Positions 51,701 through 63,170 of a stretch of 64,000 nucleotides of DNA are shown piece by piece. The notes beneath the pieces are model-generated. The model did no database searches. It had not been told where the DNA came from and saw only the letters and a program-made list of their open reading frames with translations. Where the stretch lies: the NCBI RefSeq assembly GCF_006345805.1, contig NC_043015.1:47802001-47866000 (forward strand). The letters are read 5' to 3'. Position 1 is the stretch's first letter. Each line of letters opens with the position of its first letter. The translations under genes and the position numbers were made by a program. The DNA comes from Octopus sinensis (taxonomy: Eukaryota).

Positions 51701-52374
51701 CTTTTCTACTATAGGCAGAAGGCCTGAAATTTTGGAGAAGCGGGGTTGTCGATTACACCGACCCCAGTACTTAACTGGTACTTAATTTTTCAAACCCAAA
51801 AGGGATTAAGTCAATTACATTGACCCCACTGCATAACTGGTACTTATTTAATTGACCCTGAAAGGATGAAAGGCAAGTCGACCTCAGTGGAATTTGAACT
51901 CAAAACATAGCAGCAGATGAAATATTGCCAAGCATTTCATCCGGCATGCTAACGATTCTGCCAGCCTCCTTTCTACTATAGACGCAAAACCTAAAATTTT
52001 GGGGGGAGCAGGCTAATCAACTACATCGATTCCTAGTGATCTGCTGGTACTTGTTTTATCCCAAAAGGATGAAAGGTAAAGTCAAAGAAATTTGTTGGTG
52101 GAATTTGAACTCAGAATGTAAAGTCAGAAGACATGCTGCCGAGCATTTTTGCCAACACACTAATGATTCCACTGGTTTCTTCTACAAGCACAAGGCTGAA
52201 ATTCTGGGGGAAGGGGGTTTGTCAATTACATTAACCCCAGCGTTCAACTGGTACTTACTTTATTGACCCTGAAAGGACCATGACAGAATTTGAACACAGA
52301 TTAACAAGTTGGAAGAAATGTAAACATTTTTCCCAACATGCTAATGATCCTGCCAGTCTGTCACCTTAATAATG

Positions 52375-52406
<32 letters not shown>

Positions 52407-52711
52407 CATCATCATCATCATTTAACGTCCGTTTTCCATGCTAGCATGGGTTGGACGGTTCAACTGGTGTCTGGGAAGCCAGAAGGCTGCGCCAGGCCCA
52501 GTCTGATCTGGCAGTGTTTCTACAGCTGGATGCCCTTCCTAACGCCAACCACTCCGAGAGTGTAGTAGGTGCTTTTTATGTGCCACCTGCACAGGTGCCA
52601 GAGGAGGGTGGCAGATGGCCACGATCAGATGGTGCTTTTTACGTGCCACCAGTGTGGGGGCCAGACGAGGCTGGCAATGGCGATGCAGTGCCAGGCAGTG
52701 GCTCTCATGGC

Positions 52712-53232
52712 TTCTGATCTTAACTGATTGGAAGTGTTATCATGTACATTGTTTTGTGTTTGTATAAAAGATGGGCTACAGCAAATATTCTGCTCAATAC
52801 CACAGATTTGCTTGTCAGTTGTTTGACCTTAACCAGTTGACCATGTCCCTTAGTGTCTGATGATATGTGCATCTCTGATCACGAGCAGAAATAGTGGGGG
52901 AGCATCATAGCCATGTGTTGAGAGAGATTCTTTGGGGTTCGAATAATTCAGCTCTGGAAACATGGGTGTTTCGTTCAACATCCTTAAACAGCCCTTATTC
53001 AGGGACCTTTTGAACGGGATGGGCTACTCGACCAGAAGAAAATTCTAACTGGGCCCCACCTGCAAGGTCATGTGCTGTTTATCTTGTTGTGCACATATGG
53101 TTGTGATGCATGTGCCTAGTGTACCCTTATGAGACGCGTAGTCATGATGGATATACTGGGCTTCGTATATTTTACCCCATTGTCACTTTGATGGCATGCA
53201 CTGCTCTCTCACTCAATGATGATAATAATAAT
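52712..53232 (+). mobile_element. Probable LINE-like 3' fragment with an (AAT)n tail
   Basis: GC-richer segment ending CTCTCACTCAATGATGATAATAATAATAAT. No clear ORF. Confidence 0.35.
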
Positions 53233-53605
53233 AATGTTTGCCTCCTTGGCACAGCCAGAATAATCAAGAAAAGTATTAGACAGCTAAAAAGAACAAACAG
53301 CATGGTACTGCAGGCTGCAGGTAGTAAGCCTGCTATGCATGCAAGACTCCAGGATCTCCAACAAAACCTGTGATAAAGAGAAAATAGTAATAATAATGAT
53401 GATTACAAATTTTGGCACAAGGCCAGCAATTTCAGTGGAAAGGGAAAGTTGGTTACATCAACCCCCAGTACTCAACTGGTACTTAGTTTTATTGGCCCTG
53501 AAATTAGGTATCTTTAATAAAAAGACCTAACTTTTTCTTAAGATTCTTTCTGTTGCAGATTGTAGAACAAAATTAACTTAAATTGAAATTAAGTGAAAAG
53601 TTAGA

Positions 53606-54451
53606 GAAAAGTTGGACCTAAGAAGCATCAGATGTGGTGTGCAAGAGAGACGACTGCACTGGTATGATCATGTGGCAAGAATGGATGAGGATAGCTCTGT
53701 GAAAAAGTGCCACACCCTAGCGGTTGAGGGAACCTGTGGAAGAGGTAGACCCAGGAAGACCTGGGATGAAGTGGTGAAGCACGACCTTTGAACATTAGGC
53801 CTCACCAAGGCAATGACAAGTGACCAAGACCTTTGGAAATATGCTGTGCTTGAGAAGACCTGGCAAGCCAAGTGAGACCATAACCTTGTGGCCTATGCCA
53901 GGGGGTGTAACCAGCCCACTTATGCGTACCTTTCCTTCATTGGACCCTAAACTCTGCTTGCGAAGACCTGTTGAGGCAAGTGAAATCAAAATCAAATTCG
54001 ATGACTGGCATCCATGCTAGTGGAGCGCTAAGAGCACCATCCAAGCATGATCGTTGCCAGAGCAGCTAACTGGCTTCCGTGCTGGTGGCACGTAAAAATC
54101 ACCATTCGAGCGTGATCGTTACCGGTGGCATGTGAACAAAACATTTGAGCGAGGTCATTGCCAGTGCCGCTGGACTGGCTCCTGTGCAGGTGGCACATAA
54201 AAAGCACCATTTGAGCGTGGCCGTTGCCAGTACCTCCTGACTGGCCCTCATGCCGGTGTCATGTAAAAGCACCCACTACACTCTCAGAGTGGTTGGCTTT
54301 AGGAAGGGCATCCAGCTGTAGAAACTCTGCCAGATCAGATTGGAGCCTGGTGCAGCCATCTCGTTCGCCAGTCCTCAGTCAAATCGTCGAACCCATGCTA
54401 GCATGGAAAGCGGACGTTAAACGATGATGATGGTGATGGTGATGATGATGA
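53606..54451 (+). mobile_element. RTE-type LINE 3' end (RT C-terminus, 3' UTR with internal ~55-bp repeats, (GAT)n tail)
   Basis: Plus frame reads RRLHWYDHVARMDEDS..VEGTCGRGRPRKTWDEVVKHDL, then the UTR shared with the many tail-only copies. Confidence 0.85.
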
Positions 54452-55164
54452 TGAAGGATTATAAATCTTAATGATAATGCTCTGTACTTCAAGAAAAGCT
54501 GTCTGTAAGTTAAAGTAACTAGAAAGTGTACCATAATTAGCAAATAGCAATTAAAACCAGCTTCACTTGGTCTCAATTGTTATTTGGTAATTATAATGCA
54601 TCCTCCAAAGGTAGAGATAATTTTTAAAAACTTAATGATTTATGTTGCATGGTATTTGATATGTTGTTCATATAAATGTCACTGGCCACTTCGAGTTATT
54701 TCCCTTTGCTCATTTTTTTTTTTAAAGGTGACATATATAGAAATCTATTCCACTTGAAATTGCCAAGAAAATCCATTTCGGTTTAAACTTCCATTTTCAA
54801 CATAAACAAAGATTCCCTCTTTTCATACAAATAGTAATTCTTTCTACTATAGGTGTAGGAGTGGCTGTGTGGTAAGTAGCTTGCTTACCAGCCACATGGT
54901 TCTGGGTTCAGTCCCACTGCGTGGCACCTTGGGCAAGTGTCTTCTACTATAGCCTCGGGCTGACCAAAGCCTTGTGAGTGGGTTTGGTAGACAGAAACTG
55001 AAAGAAGCCCATCATATATATGTATGTGTGTATATTTGTGTGTCTTGGTTGTTCCCCCTCCCCAGCATCGCTTGACAACCGATGCTGGTGTGTTTAGGTC
55101 CCCGTAACTTAGCGGTTCGGCAAAAGAGACCGATAGAATAAGTACTAGAATTCGGAATCTTGAG

Positions 55165-55230
55165 GTTAGTAGTGGTTAAGAGCGCAGGCTACTAACCTTA
55201 AGATTCCGAGTTCGATTCCAGGCATTGACC

Positions 55231-55266
<36 letters not shown>

Positions 55267-55437
55267 TAAAAAAATACCTTAGGAATGAGAACCCAGGTTC
55301 AAAATTTCCCCAAGACACCTGATGATAGCTGGAGGGTATATCAGCCGAAACATTGTGTTAACAACAAACAAGATGAGGACAAATATCCGTCAAATATAAA
55401 TAATGTACATAATTCCTCATCTCTTAAATATAGAATC
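55165..55437 (+). mobile_element. Family H element (tRNA-like head, (AAT)n, hammerhead-bearing tail) abutting a truncated SINE A
   Basis: GTAGTGGTTAAG A-box, GAGTTCGATTCC B-box. Tail homologous to 8774-8930. Confidence 0.75.
55314..55359 (+). ncRNA. Minimal hammerhead-like motif in family H tail
   Basis: GACAC-CTGATGA-T-AGCTG(GAGGGTATAT)CAGCC-GAAA-C-A-T-T-GTGTT. Confidence 0.5.
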
Positions 55438-56432
55438 GAATTAATAATAAAACGAATCATTTATTTACTTGTTAAATAAGTGCAAAAACAAAATCATATA
55501 CAAGCAATCAATGTTATGTAGCCATTTGTTTTGAGACAGGGCTTTCAAAAAATCTTATTACACTATGATCTGCAAAGATACAGTCTTTCTGTTTTAGAAA
55601 AATTGAATAAATGAGTGGATTTCTCATAAGGACTCTTGGTGCAGAAAAGCACTGAACATTATCTCATTGACAGACAAGAATCATCTGTCAAGATTGAGAT
55701 TAACTTTTGATATTAATACCGCTTCTGTTGCTATTAATTATCTTTTAATTATCCCACTGGCTATTTGTGACACCAGTGCTGTATAGACACTGAGATTCTA
55801 TATACTGTTGACTGGAGATTTGGCTGTTATGTCACTGCTGGAGGTCTGTCACTGAGGAACCTATAGCAGGGTGAAATCACGTGACCAATTTTCATCTGTC
55901 AACAATATAATGTTGAGTGCTTTTATGCATCATGTGTCCATATGAGAGGTCCTTTCAAGATAAGTAACTCATTATTCTGTGTTCTCACATAACCTCCACA
56001 TTAAGTTGGATATCAAGATTACCTTTTGTATTAATACAGCTTCTGTCGCTATTAATTATTTGTTTTTTAAATAAATGACTCTTTCACCCGTACCATACTT
56101 TCTAATCCCACCCACTCTTCACAGATTTTACTCGAGAGCAGGACACTTTCTCTTCAGACACCTTCAGTGTATAATATTGATTTCTCATTTTGGTACAAAG
56201 CTAGTAATTTCTGGGAAGGGAGTAATCAATTACATCGACCCTGGTGTTCAACTGGTATTTATTTTATCGACCCTGAAAGAATGAAAAGCAAAGTCAACCT
56301 CAACGGAGTTTGAACTCAGAACGTAGAGATGGTCAAAATACCACTAAGCATTTTGCCAGCTCACACCTTAGTACAAAGTATGATATTAATTATTGAATGA
56401 CAAGGAAACAGGAATTAAATGTTTAACTTCAT

Positions 56433-56515
56433 TAGCTTACAGCAGTTTCTGCTTTAAGAAGTCATGCGCTCAGAGCTGAGTGCTTGTGCAGCTTCCTATA
56501 GCTTCCTCAGAGCTA
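56433..56515 (-). ncRNA. Decayed type I hammerhead-like motif with extended stem II
   Basis: Minus strand: TAGCT-CTGAGGA-AGC...GCA-GAAA-CTGCTG-TA-AGCTA. 5-bp stem I, GUA site. Stem II base and stem III each carry one mismatch. Confidence 0.55.
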
Positions 56516-56929
56516 TTAAATGGAAATTTATGCTTATTTCAGAAAGATTGTGTGTGTGATGGGTGCACTTATATATAGAAAGATATATATATTCTAAGAA
56601 TGTAATTTTTAATTTGTATTTCAATAGGTTATACTTCTTTAAAATCTCTTTACTGTCTAAGGTGGTAGGTGTCATTTTTAAACACTTCTGAGCTGATCCT
56701 TGTTATTTCTCAAGAGATACTGCTGTGTTACTTTAAATGAACAAGTAATTTGTGTTATTTTTAACTTGGATGTCATGTTTAATAATAAAGTTTAAAGAGC
56801 AAGCTTAATCTTTATAATATATATCTTTCTGTCCCCTGTTCCTCCCGCACTCTTCTTGAAGGCCTATGGGTGATGAGATAGTTAAGACTAGGTTAATCTT
56901 AGTGCAACAGTAACATATCTATCACAGCA

Positions 56930-57466
56930 TAATCTGGATTGGCAGGCAAGCAGAGAGACCAAATCTATAAAGTTCCTTTGCTGACTACCTCAGTGACAAA
57001 TAACAATGACCTTATCATCATGGCTACTGGTAACTTCAATGGACATGTTGGGTAGTACTCCAATAGACTTCATGGTGTGCATGAAGGTTATGGCTTTGGT
57101 TCAAGAAATGAGGAGGGAAAGAAGTTCCTGGAGTTCTGTGATAATGAGTTGATAATTTGCAAAACTATCTTCCATAAATGAGCCAGTCACCTGATAACCT
57201 ACCAGTCTGTTGGATGCACATTTCTGTTTGAGTACATTCTTCCTCAAGGAAACAAGCCAGAGAGGTGGTTGTGTATGCTAAGTCTTTTTCCTAGTGAAGA
57301 ATATACAATTCAGCATAGGTTAAAGACTTCAGAATTAGGGTTAGATAAACTAAGAGACACAAATAACTTTTGGAAAAAGAAGATATCAAAGTTCAAGGAT
57401 CTATTGAACAATCAAGAACACAATATGCAGCCAGGTCTGGGATTCGAACTCACAACCTCATGATCA

Positions 57467-57560
<94 letters not shown>

Positions 57561-57840
57561 ATCAAAACTGATCAATATGTGTGTGTGTTTGTGCGAAGGC
57601 GCATGGCTCAGTGGTTAGAGCGTCGAGCTTACTATCGTGAGGTTGTGAGTTCGAATCCTGGACTGGGCTGCATGTTGTGTTCTTGATTGTTCAATAGATC
57701 CTTGAACTTTGATATCTTCTTTTTCCAATTGTATATTCTTCACTAGGAAAAAGACTTAGCATACACAACCATCTGTCTGATTTTTTTCCTTGAGGCACAA
57801 TGTACCCTAACAGAAATGTGCATCCATCAGACTGATAGGT

Positions 57841-57918
<78 letters not shown>

Positions 57919-58700
57919 TTGATCGTGCAAGTGCACATATATGTAGAAGCATGGGTACTAGTTGAAACATTTGATAAAAGGAAAGAGTCAGTAGATGCCT
58001 AGCTGGAACCCCATGCAGCTGCATGGCCCTATTGGTTTAGTGATTGGAGGAAATAGTAATTCATTGATTAGAAATATTTAGGCATGTGCAAGAGTCTAAC
58101 GGTTGCAAATGTTTGCCCAAACCTTCCCAGAGCCTCCACAATCAATGACAACTGGATGTTTCTACAGAACAATCTGCTAAGGGTTACAGACCAAACCAGT
58201 GACTGGTGCAAGGCTGCAATCAAACCAAAGGTGACATGGTGCTAGAACAGTGAGCTAGACACTGCTATAAAAGGGATGAGACAGGCTTAGAAAGGCTGGG
58301 AAAATGGGAGCAGCAGAGAATTATATCAGGTATCTAGAAAGGGAGCTAGGTAATAGGTTTATATAGCAAGGGGAGAAGCAGAATGTAAGGGGTTTGCCAA
58401 GTTCTATAGCACAGGGATCAGAAGCACGAGGTGTTTCAGATTGCAAAGCTATTTATCTGAGAGAATCAAGATGTTGTGTGATAAGTGTATAACGGATGGA
58501 TAATGGTACACCTGCACTTAGTGATTCTGAAAAGAAAGAGCCACAAAAGTACTATTATGAAAGGATTAATGAATGTGAAGAATGCACAGGAGAAAATAGT
58601 CTTCCCAATGTTAACCTGGCAGAGGGGCCAGGTCTCCTCCCAGTTGACAGCAGAATGGTAGATGAAGCAATTAAGGATATGAAAGCAGCCGAAGCTCCTG
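56930..58700 (+). mobile_element. Fragmented RTE-type LINE (endonuclease and linker regions), interrupted by an inverted duplication and microsatellites
   Basis: Reads IMATGNFNGHVG..GVHEGYGFGSRNEEG..LEFCDN and later [14 protein letters not shown]. Confidence 0.7.
57242..57795. repeat. Inverted duplication (arms 57242-57473 and 57625-57795)
   Basis: The right arm is the reverse complement of the left arm lacking 57311-57371. The loop holds (CT)n(AT)n and a SINE head. Confidence 0.88.
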
Positions 58701-58705
58701 TGCAT

Positions 58706-58825
58706 TTATATATATGTATATATATATGTATGTATATGTATATATGTATATGTATATATATGTATATGTATATGTATGTATATGTATATATATGTATATG
58801 TGTATATGTATATATATGTATATGT

Positions 58826-58859
<34 letters not shown>

Positions 58860-58945
58860 GTATGTATATGTATATATATATATATGTATGTATATGTATA
58901 TATATATATATATGTATATATGTGTGTATATATCTATATATATAT
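58706..58945. repeat. (TATATG)n-type microsatellite
   Basis: Seen directly. Source of several spurious Y/I/M/C/V-rich ORFs. Confidence 0.95.
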
Positions 58946-60890
58946 TTGTGGCCATACTGATAATGTTCACTTGGCAAGAGGTTTCATCACTCATGTCGAT
59001 ACCCAGGTCCCTCACTGATTTAGACTCAGGGATTTTAATCCTCTGTAGACCAGTGTACCTTTTAAGTTTTATATTCAGTTTTGGTCAGTGATTGTTCAGG
59101 GCATGGCATTTTTCATCATTAAACTGCATAATATTTTCCTCAGCCCATCGGTAAACTAAATCCAACTCCTGCTGCAGTTGTGCAACATCACTGGGGTTCC
59201 ATATTTTCTGAGAGACTTTCGTATCGTCTGCATAGCTAGCAAGGGTGGCTATCCAGGCAGCTGAGGGCATATCTGTGAGGGCCACTATGGAAAGTAGTGG
59301 TCCCAAGGCAATGCCCTGTGGATCACTGCTCACTATTTTTGTTTTCTTTGAGGTGGCTCCATTGGCCACTACTGCCTGACTTCCATCTTTCAGAAAGTCA
59401 TGTAACCACTCTCAAATTTTCCAGCTATGCCAAGATCACGCAGTTTGTGGCATATCATACCATGATCCACTTTATCAAAAGCTTTTGCAAAGTCAAAGTA
59501 TATTACGTCCACATTATTACTGGGTGTTGTTTAGTAACTGCCTCGACACCCAGTAATAATGTTGTAAGAGCTGAGTTAGACAGCTCCTACCTGTTTGAAA
59601 GCCATGCTGGGTATCACTCAGCAAGTTGTTTTCTTCAAGGAATGTGATTTGATTCCATCTGACTATCTGTTCCATGACTTTGCTGATGTGTGAAGTCAGA
59701 GAAATAGGCCCATAGTTTTTGGCATCTGCTCTGCTTCCTCCTTTACGGATTGTGTATATTATTACCGCCTTCACTTTGCTTGGCAGCCTGCTATTTGCAA
59801 GAAAGCTCTGGAAGAGAATCTATTGAGATTTTGCTAGAGCATGTAGTTGAGTTTGCATCCACCTCATCTATGGCTAGTAGTATATCTTCTTTGCTAATGT
59901 CGATGTAATCCATCATAACTGCCTCGCTGGTTATAGGTGAGGCAGCAAGCAAATCCACTGATTTGTTCACTTGTTTGTGTTCCAATGGGATTGTAAAGAT
60001 ACTTTTGAACTGGTCATTCAGTACCTCACTGATCCTGGTTAGACTATCTGTGAGGGAACCACCCTTTTGGAAAAGGGGTCCTATTTTGCAGCGTACTGAG
60101 GCTGTTTTATTTTTTGGCATAATGAAAAAAGGCCTTTGGGTTTGACTTAATGTTTTTTATAACCCAGGCTTCTTTGTCTGCTCTCTCCCTCACAGAAGAT
60201 TGTTGCAGGCTTTCTTCAATCTCCATTAATGTTTGTTTTTAGGCGGGACCTTTCACTACTTTTGGGATGTTGGTTGAGGTGATTTGCAACCTTCGTCCGT
60301 CGTCTCATGAGGATCTTCCTCTCCCTAGGAATCATATTCCTTTTTGTGTTGGCCTTGTGCTCTGCAACATATTTCTGGCATATAGTTTGCATAGCATGAA
60401 ATATTCTAGTTTCATGCCAATGTCTGGTGTGGAGAGACATTTTGGTCAGTCTAGTCTGAGGATCTCTTTTTAGATTGATTTCCAGTCTGATTTGTGGAAG
60501 TTCAGATTGAGGAGATTTTGGGTGCTTCTTTTAGGCTGTATGTCTCTTGCTACTTTTGGTCCATACATAGACAGCTCTATTATGTTGTAATCCGAAACTA
60601 ATGTTGGCGTCACTTTCACATCATGAACGATGTCCATATTGTTTGTGAAGCAGAGATTCAAAATGTTATTGACTTTAGTTGGTCTGAGTACAACTTGCTC
60701 CATGAATAGAGCATTGGTGAAGTTGAGCAGTGACTCCACCTGTACTTGTTTATAATGAATCATTCCTGAGAGCATAAGGCCTTCAAGCCATTTGACAGTG
60801 GGGAAGTTGAAATCACCCATAAGAAAAACACTCACATGGTGTTCCAGTTTCTTGAGGATTTCTTTAATTCTTGAGGCAATCTTCCAACTT
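58946..60890 (-). mobile_element. Degenerate CR1/Jockey-group LINE (endonuclease + RT)
   Basis: Broken minus-strand ORFs give VFLMGDFNFP, PISLTSHISKVMEQIV, QHGFQTGRSCLTQLL, PQGIALGPLL and YADDTKV. Confidence 0.9.
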
Positions 60891-61053
60891 GCCTATAATA
60901 TATATAAGACATACATATATATACATATATATATATATTTTTTATGTGTGTGTGTGTGTGTGTGTTGTGAGAATTTACAAAAAAACAAAAGACGAAGACA
61001 GGTGTGTAAACAACAGCAGATGTATTAGTTTAATGCTCAGAAAGTGAGAAAGT

Positions 61054-61089
61054 CTTTTACATTTCGAGTCTATGCTCTCTGTCAGAAAG
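61054..61089 (-). ncRNA. Degenerate minimal hammerhead relic in a repeat related to the 22100-22175 element
   Basis: Minus strand: CTTT-CTGACAGA-GAG(CATAGA)CTC-GAAA-T-G-T-A-AAAG. Confidence 0.4.
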
Positions 61090-61147
61090 GAACACAGAAA
61101 TAAATAGGGAGAGAAAATAAAAAAGGTTTAGTGGCTAGCGAATACAA

Positions 61148-61647
61148 TATACATTAGCGTCATATTTATTACGTTCGCTATTTTCCAGTAGATATCGGTG
61201 CTTCGTTGTACCATTTATTTACTTTTATGTATAATTTTACCCTCACGGGCTATCCTTTACTGGAAAGCAATACTCTCGTATTGCATTACTATTTTCATTG
61301 AAACTTCTTCACTGTTCTCGTTCTGTTAACGTTGTGGCGTTCAGACGAGTGTACTGGCATAGATGTGGCAACTTTTGAAATATTGTCGAGGTTTATGCAG
61401 CTGATGAGGATAAATCAAGTATACGTTTGGCAAGCGTATTTTGAAAAATCCGAAACCGGTACTGCATTATCCATTATCTAGGTTTTTCATTTTTCAGATG
61501 TTTTTCCTAGAGGTAAGACAATTTTTTTCATATTTGTTGCACACACGCATCTTTACTAGTACATACGCAGTGAAGCTATACATTAGCGTCGTATTTATTA
61601 CGTTCGCTATTTTCCAGTAGATATCAGTGCTCCATTGTACCATTTAT
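61148..61647 (+). mobile_element. Retrozyme/pseudo-LTR-like unit: 429-bp period with a 71-bp terminal direct repeat enclosing a hammerhead
   Basis: Direct repeats 61148-61218 and 61577-61647 (4 mismatches). Confidence 0.65.
61395..61467 (+). ncRNA. Type I hammerhead ribozyme motif, fully canonical core
   Basis: ATGCAG-CTGATGA-GGAT...ATCC-GAAA-CCGG-TA-CTGCAT. Perfect 6-bp stem I, long extended stem II, palindromic ACCGGT stem III, GUA site with predicted cleavage after 61461. Confidence 0.85.
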
Positions 61648-62385
61648 ATATATATATTTATATATATATATATATTTTTCTCTCTAGTTTCAGCTCAGAA
61701 CTGTGGCCATGCTGATGCACCGCCGTTTTGCTACACTGTTATTACTAAGAGCCTCCTCTAATATGTGGGACTTGGTGAAGAATGGAGTTTGATATAGCTA
61801 CCCTCATTTGCACCTCATCTGTATATATCTCTTTCTCTCTCTATATATATATATATATCTGTATATACTTGTATATATCATCATCATCATCATCATTTAA
61901 CGTCCGTTTTCCGCGCTAGCACGGGTTGGACGGTTTCGACCGGGGTCTGGGGAGCTCGGGACTGCCCCAGGCTCCAGTCTAGTCTGGCAGTGTTTCTACA
62001 GCTGGATGCCCTTCCTAACGCCAACCACTCCGCGAGTGTAGTGGGTGTTTTTTACGTGCCACCTGCACAGGTGCCAGAGGGGTCTGGCATCGGCCACATA
62101 TATATATATGTATGATATAGGGTAAAGAATCATTAATTTATTAATAATTCTTAAATAATTGTTTACCCTGTATCTATAATGATAATTCACTCCCTGTTAG
62201 TAAATTGCAGTTTTTCTGTGTTACTGCTTGTAACAAGGTTGTAACAAGGTTGAACAAGGACAGATACGGAATTACTCATTACTCATCTATATAAATTCGG
62301 AAATGCTGCCTCTTATGTTATGTTCAATGTCGCTTGATTGAGCATGCATGCGTTTGTTAGCATTTTCAGATTTATAATCTAGAAT

Positions 62386-62444
62386 ATCACGCTGAAGAAG
62401 GGAATGAATTTTACACCATTCTAATCCCGAAACGCATACATGAT
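62386..62444 (+). ncRNA. Type I hammerhead-like motif with two apparent CpG-decay substitutions
   Basis: ATCACG-CTGAAGA-A-GGGA...TCCC-GAAA-CGCA-TA-CATGAT. Confidence 0.6.
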
Positions 62445-62629
62445 TAACTAAGCCTGGTTGATTTCGTTATTTTTTCTCCTTTTAGCTTATGTAAGTTACA
62501 AGTATTACTGTCTGTTGTGATATATTGTTGAAGAATTACTAGTTTTAACTGCTATTTCTAAATTTTGGTATGTGGTGAAGCAATTTTTGCTGATCCCTTG
62601 TGTGTGTGTATATAATGTATACATTGTGT

Positions 62630-62648
62630 GTGTGTTATATATGTATAC

Positions 62649-62701
<53 letters not shown>

Positions 62702-62790
62702 ATACCTGTATATATATATATGTATGTATATACCTGTATATATATATATGTATGTATATACCTGTATATATATATGTATGTATATACCTG

Positions 62791-62821
<31 letters not shown>

Positions 62822-63170
62822 GTATGTATATACCTGTATTATATATATATATATATATGTATGTATATACCTGTATATATATATGTATTGTATATACCTG
62901 TATATAATATATGTATGTATATACCTGTATATATATATATGTATGTATATACCTGTAATATATATATATATATAATGTATATATATATATGTATGTATAT
63001 ACCTGTATATATATATATATAATATATATATATGTATGTATGTAATGTGTGTATATATATATATATGTGTGTGTGTGTATATATGTGTGTGTGTGTATAT
63101 ATATGTGTGTGTGTGTATTTATATGTGTGTGTGTATATATATATGTTTGTGTATATCTATATGTATATGT
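62630..63170. repeat. (TA)n / TATGTATGTATATACCTG minisatellite-microsatellite block
   Basis: Repeated ATATACCTGTATAT units within (TA)n, then (TG)/(TA) repeats. Confidence 0.95.

Noticed and set aside
54030-54290. ~55-bp periodic repeats resembling a CRISPR repeat-spacer array (also 830-970, 17551-17690)
   Set aside because: Internal tandem repeats of the RTE 3' UTR in a eukaryotic genome. The intervening parts are homologous to each other and there are no cas genes.
57598-57670. tRNA-like sequence with A and B boxes (also near 9157, 12150, 55165)
   Set aside because: No proper acceptor stem or full cloverleaf, and each continues into SINE body sequence. These are SINE heads, not tRNA genes.
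58496-59091. Several overlapping ORFs of 80-154 aa
   Set aside because: They are translations of (TATATG)n. Only the first ~55 codons of 58496-58960 are LINE-derived.
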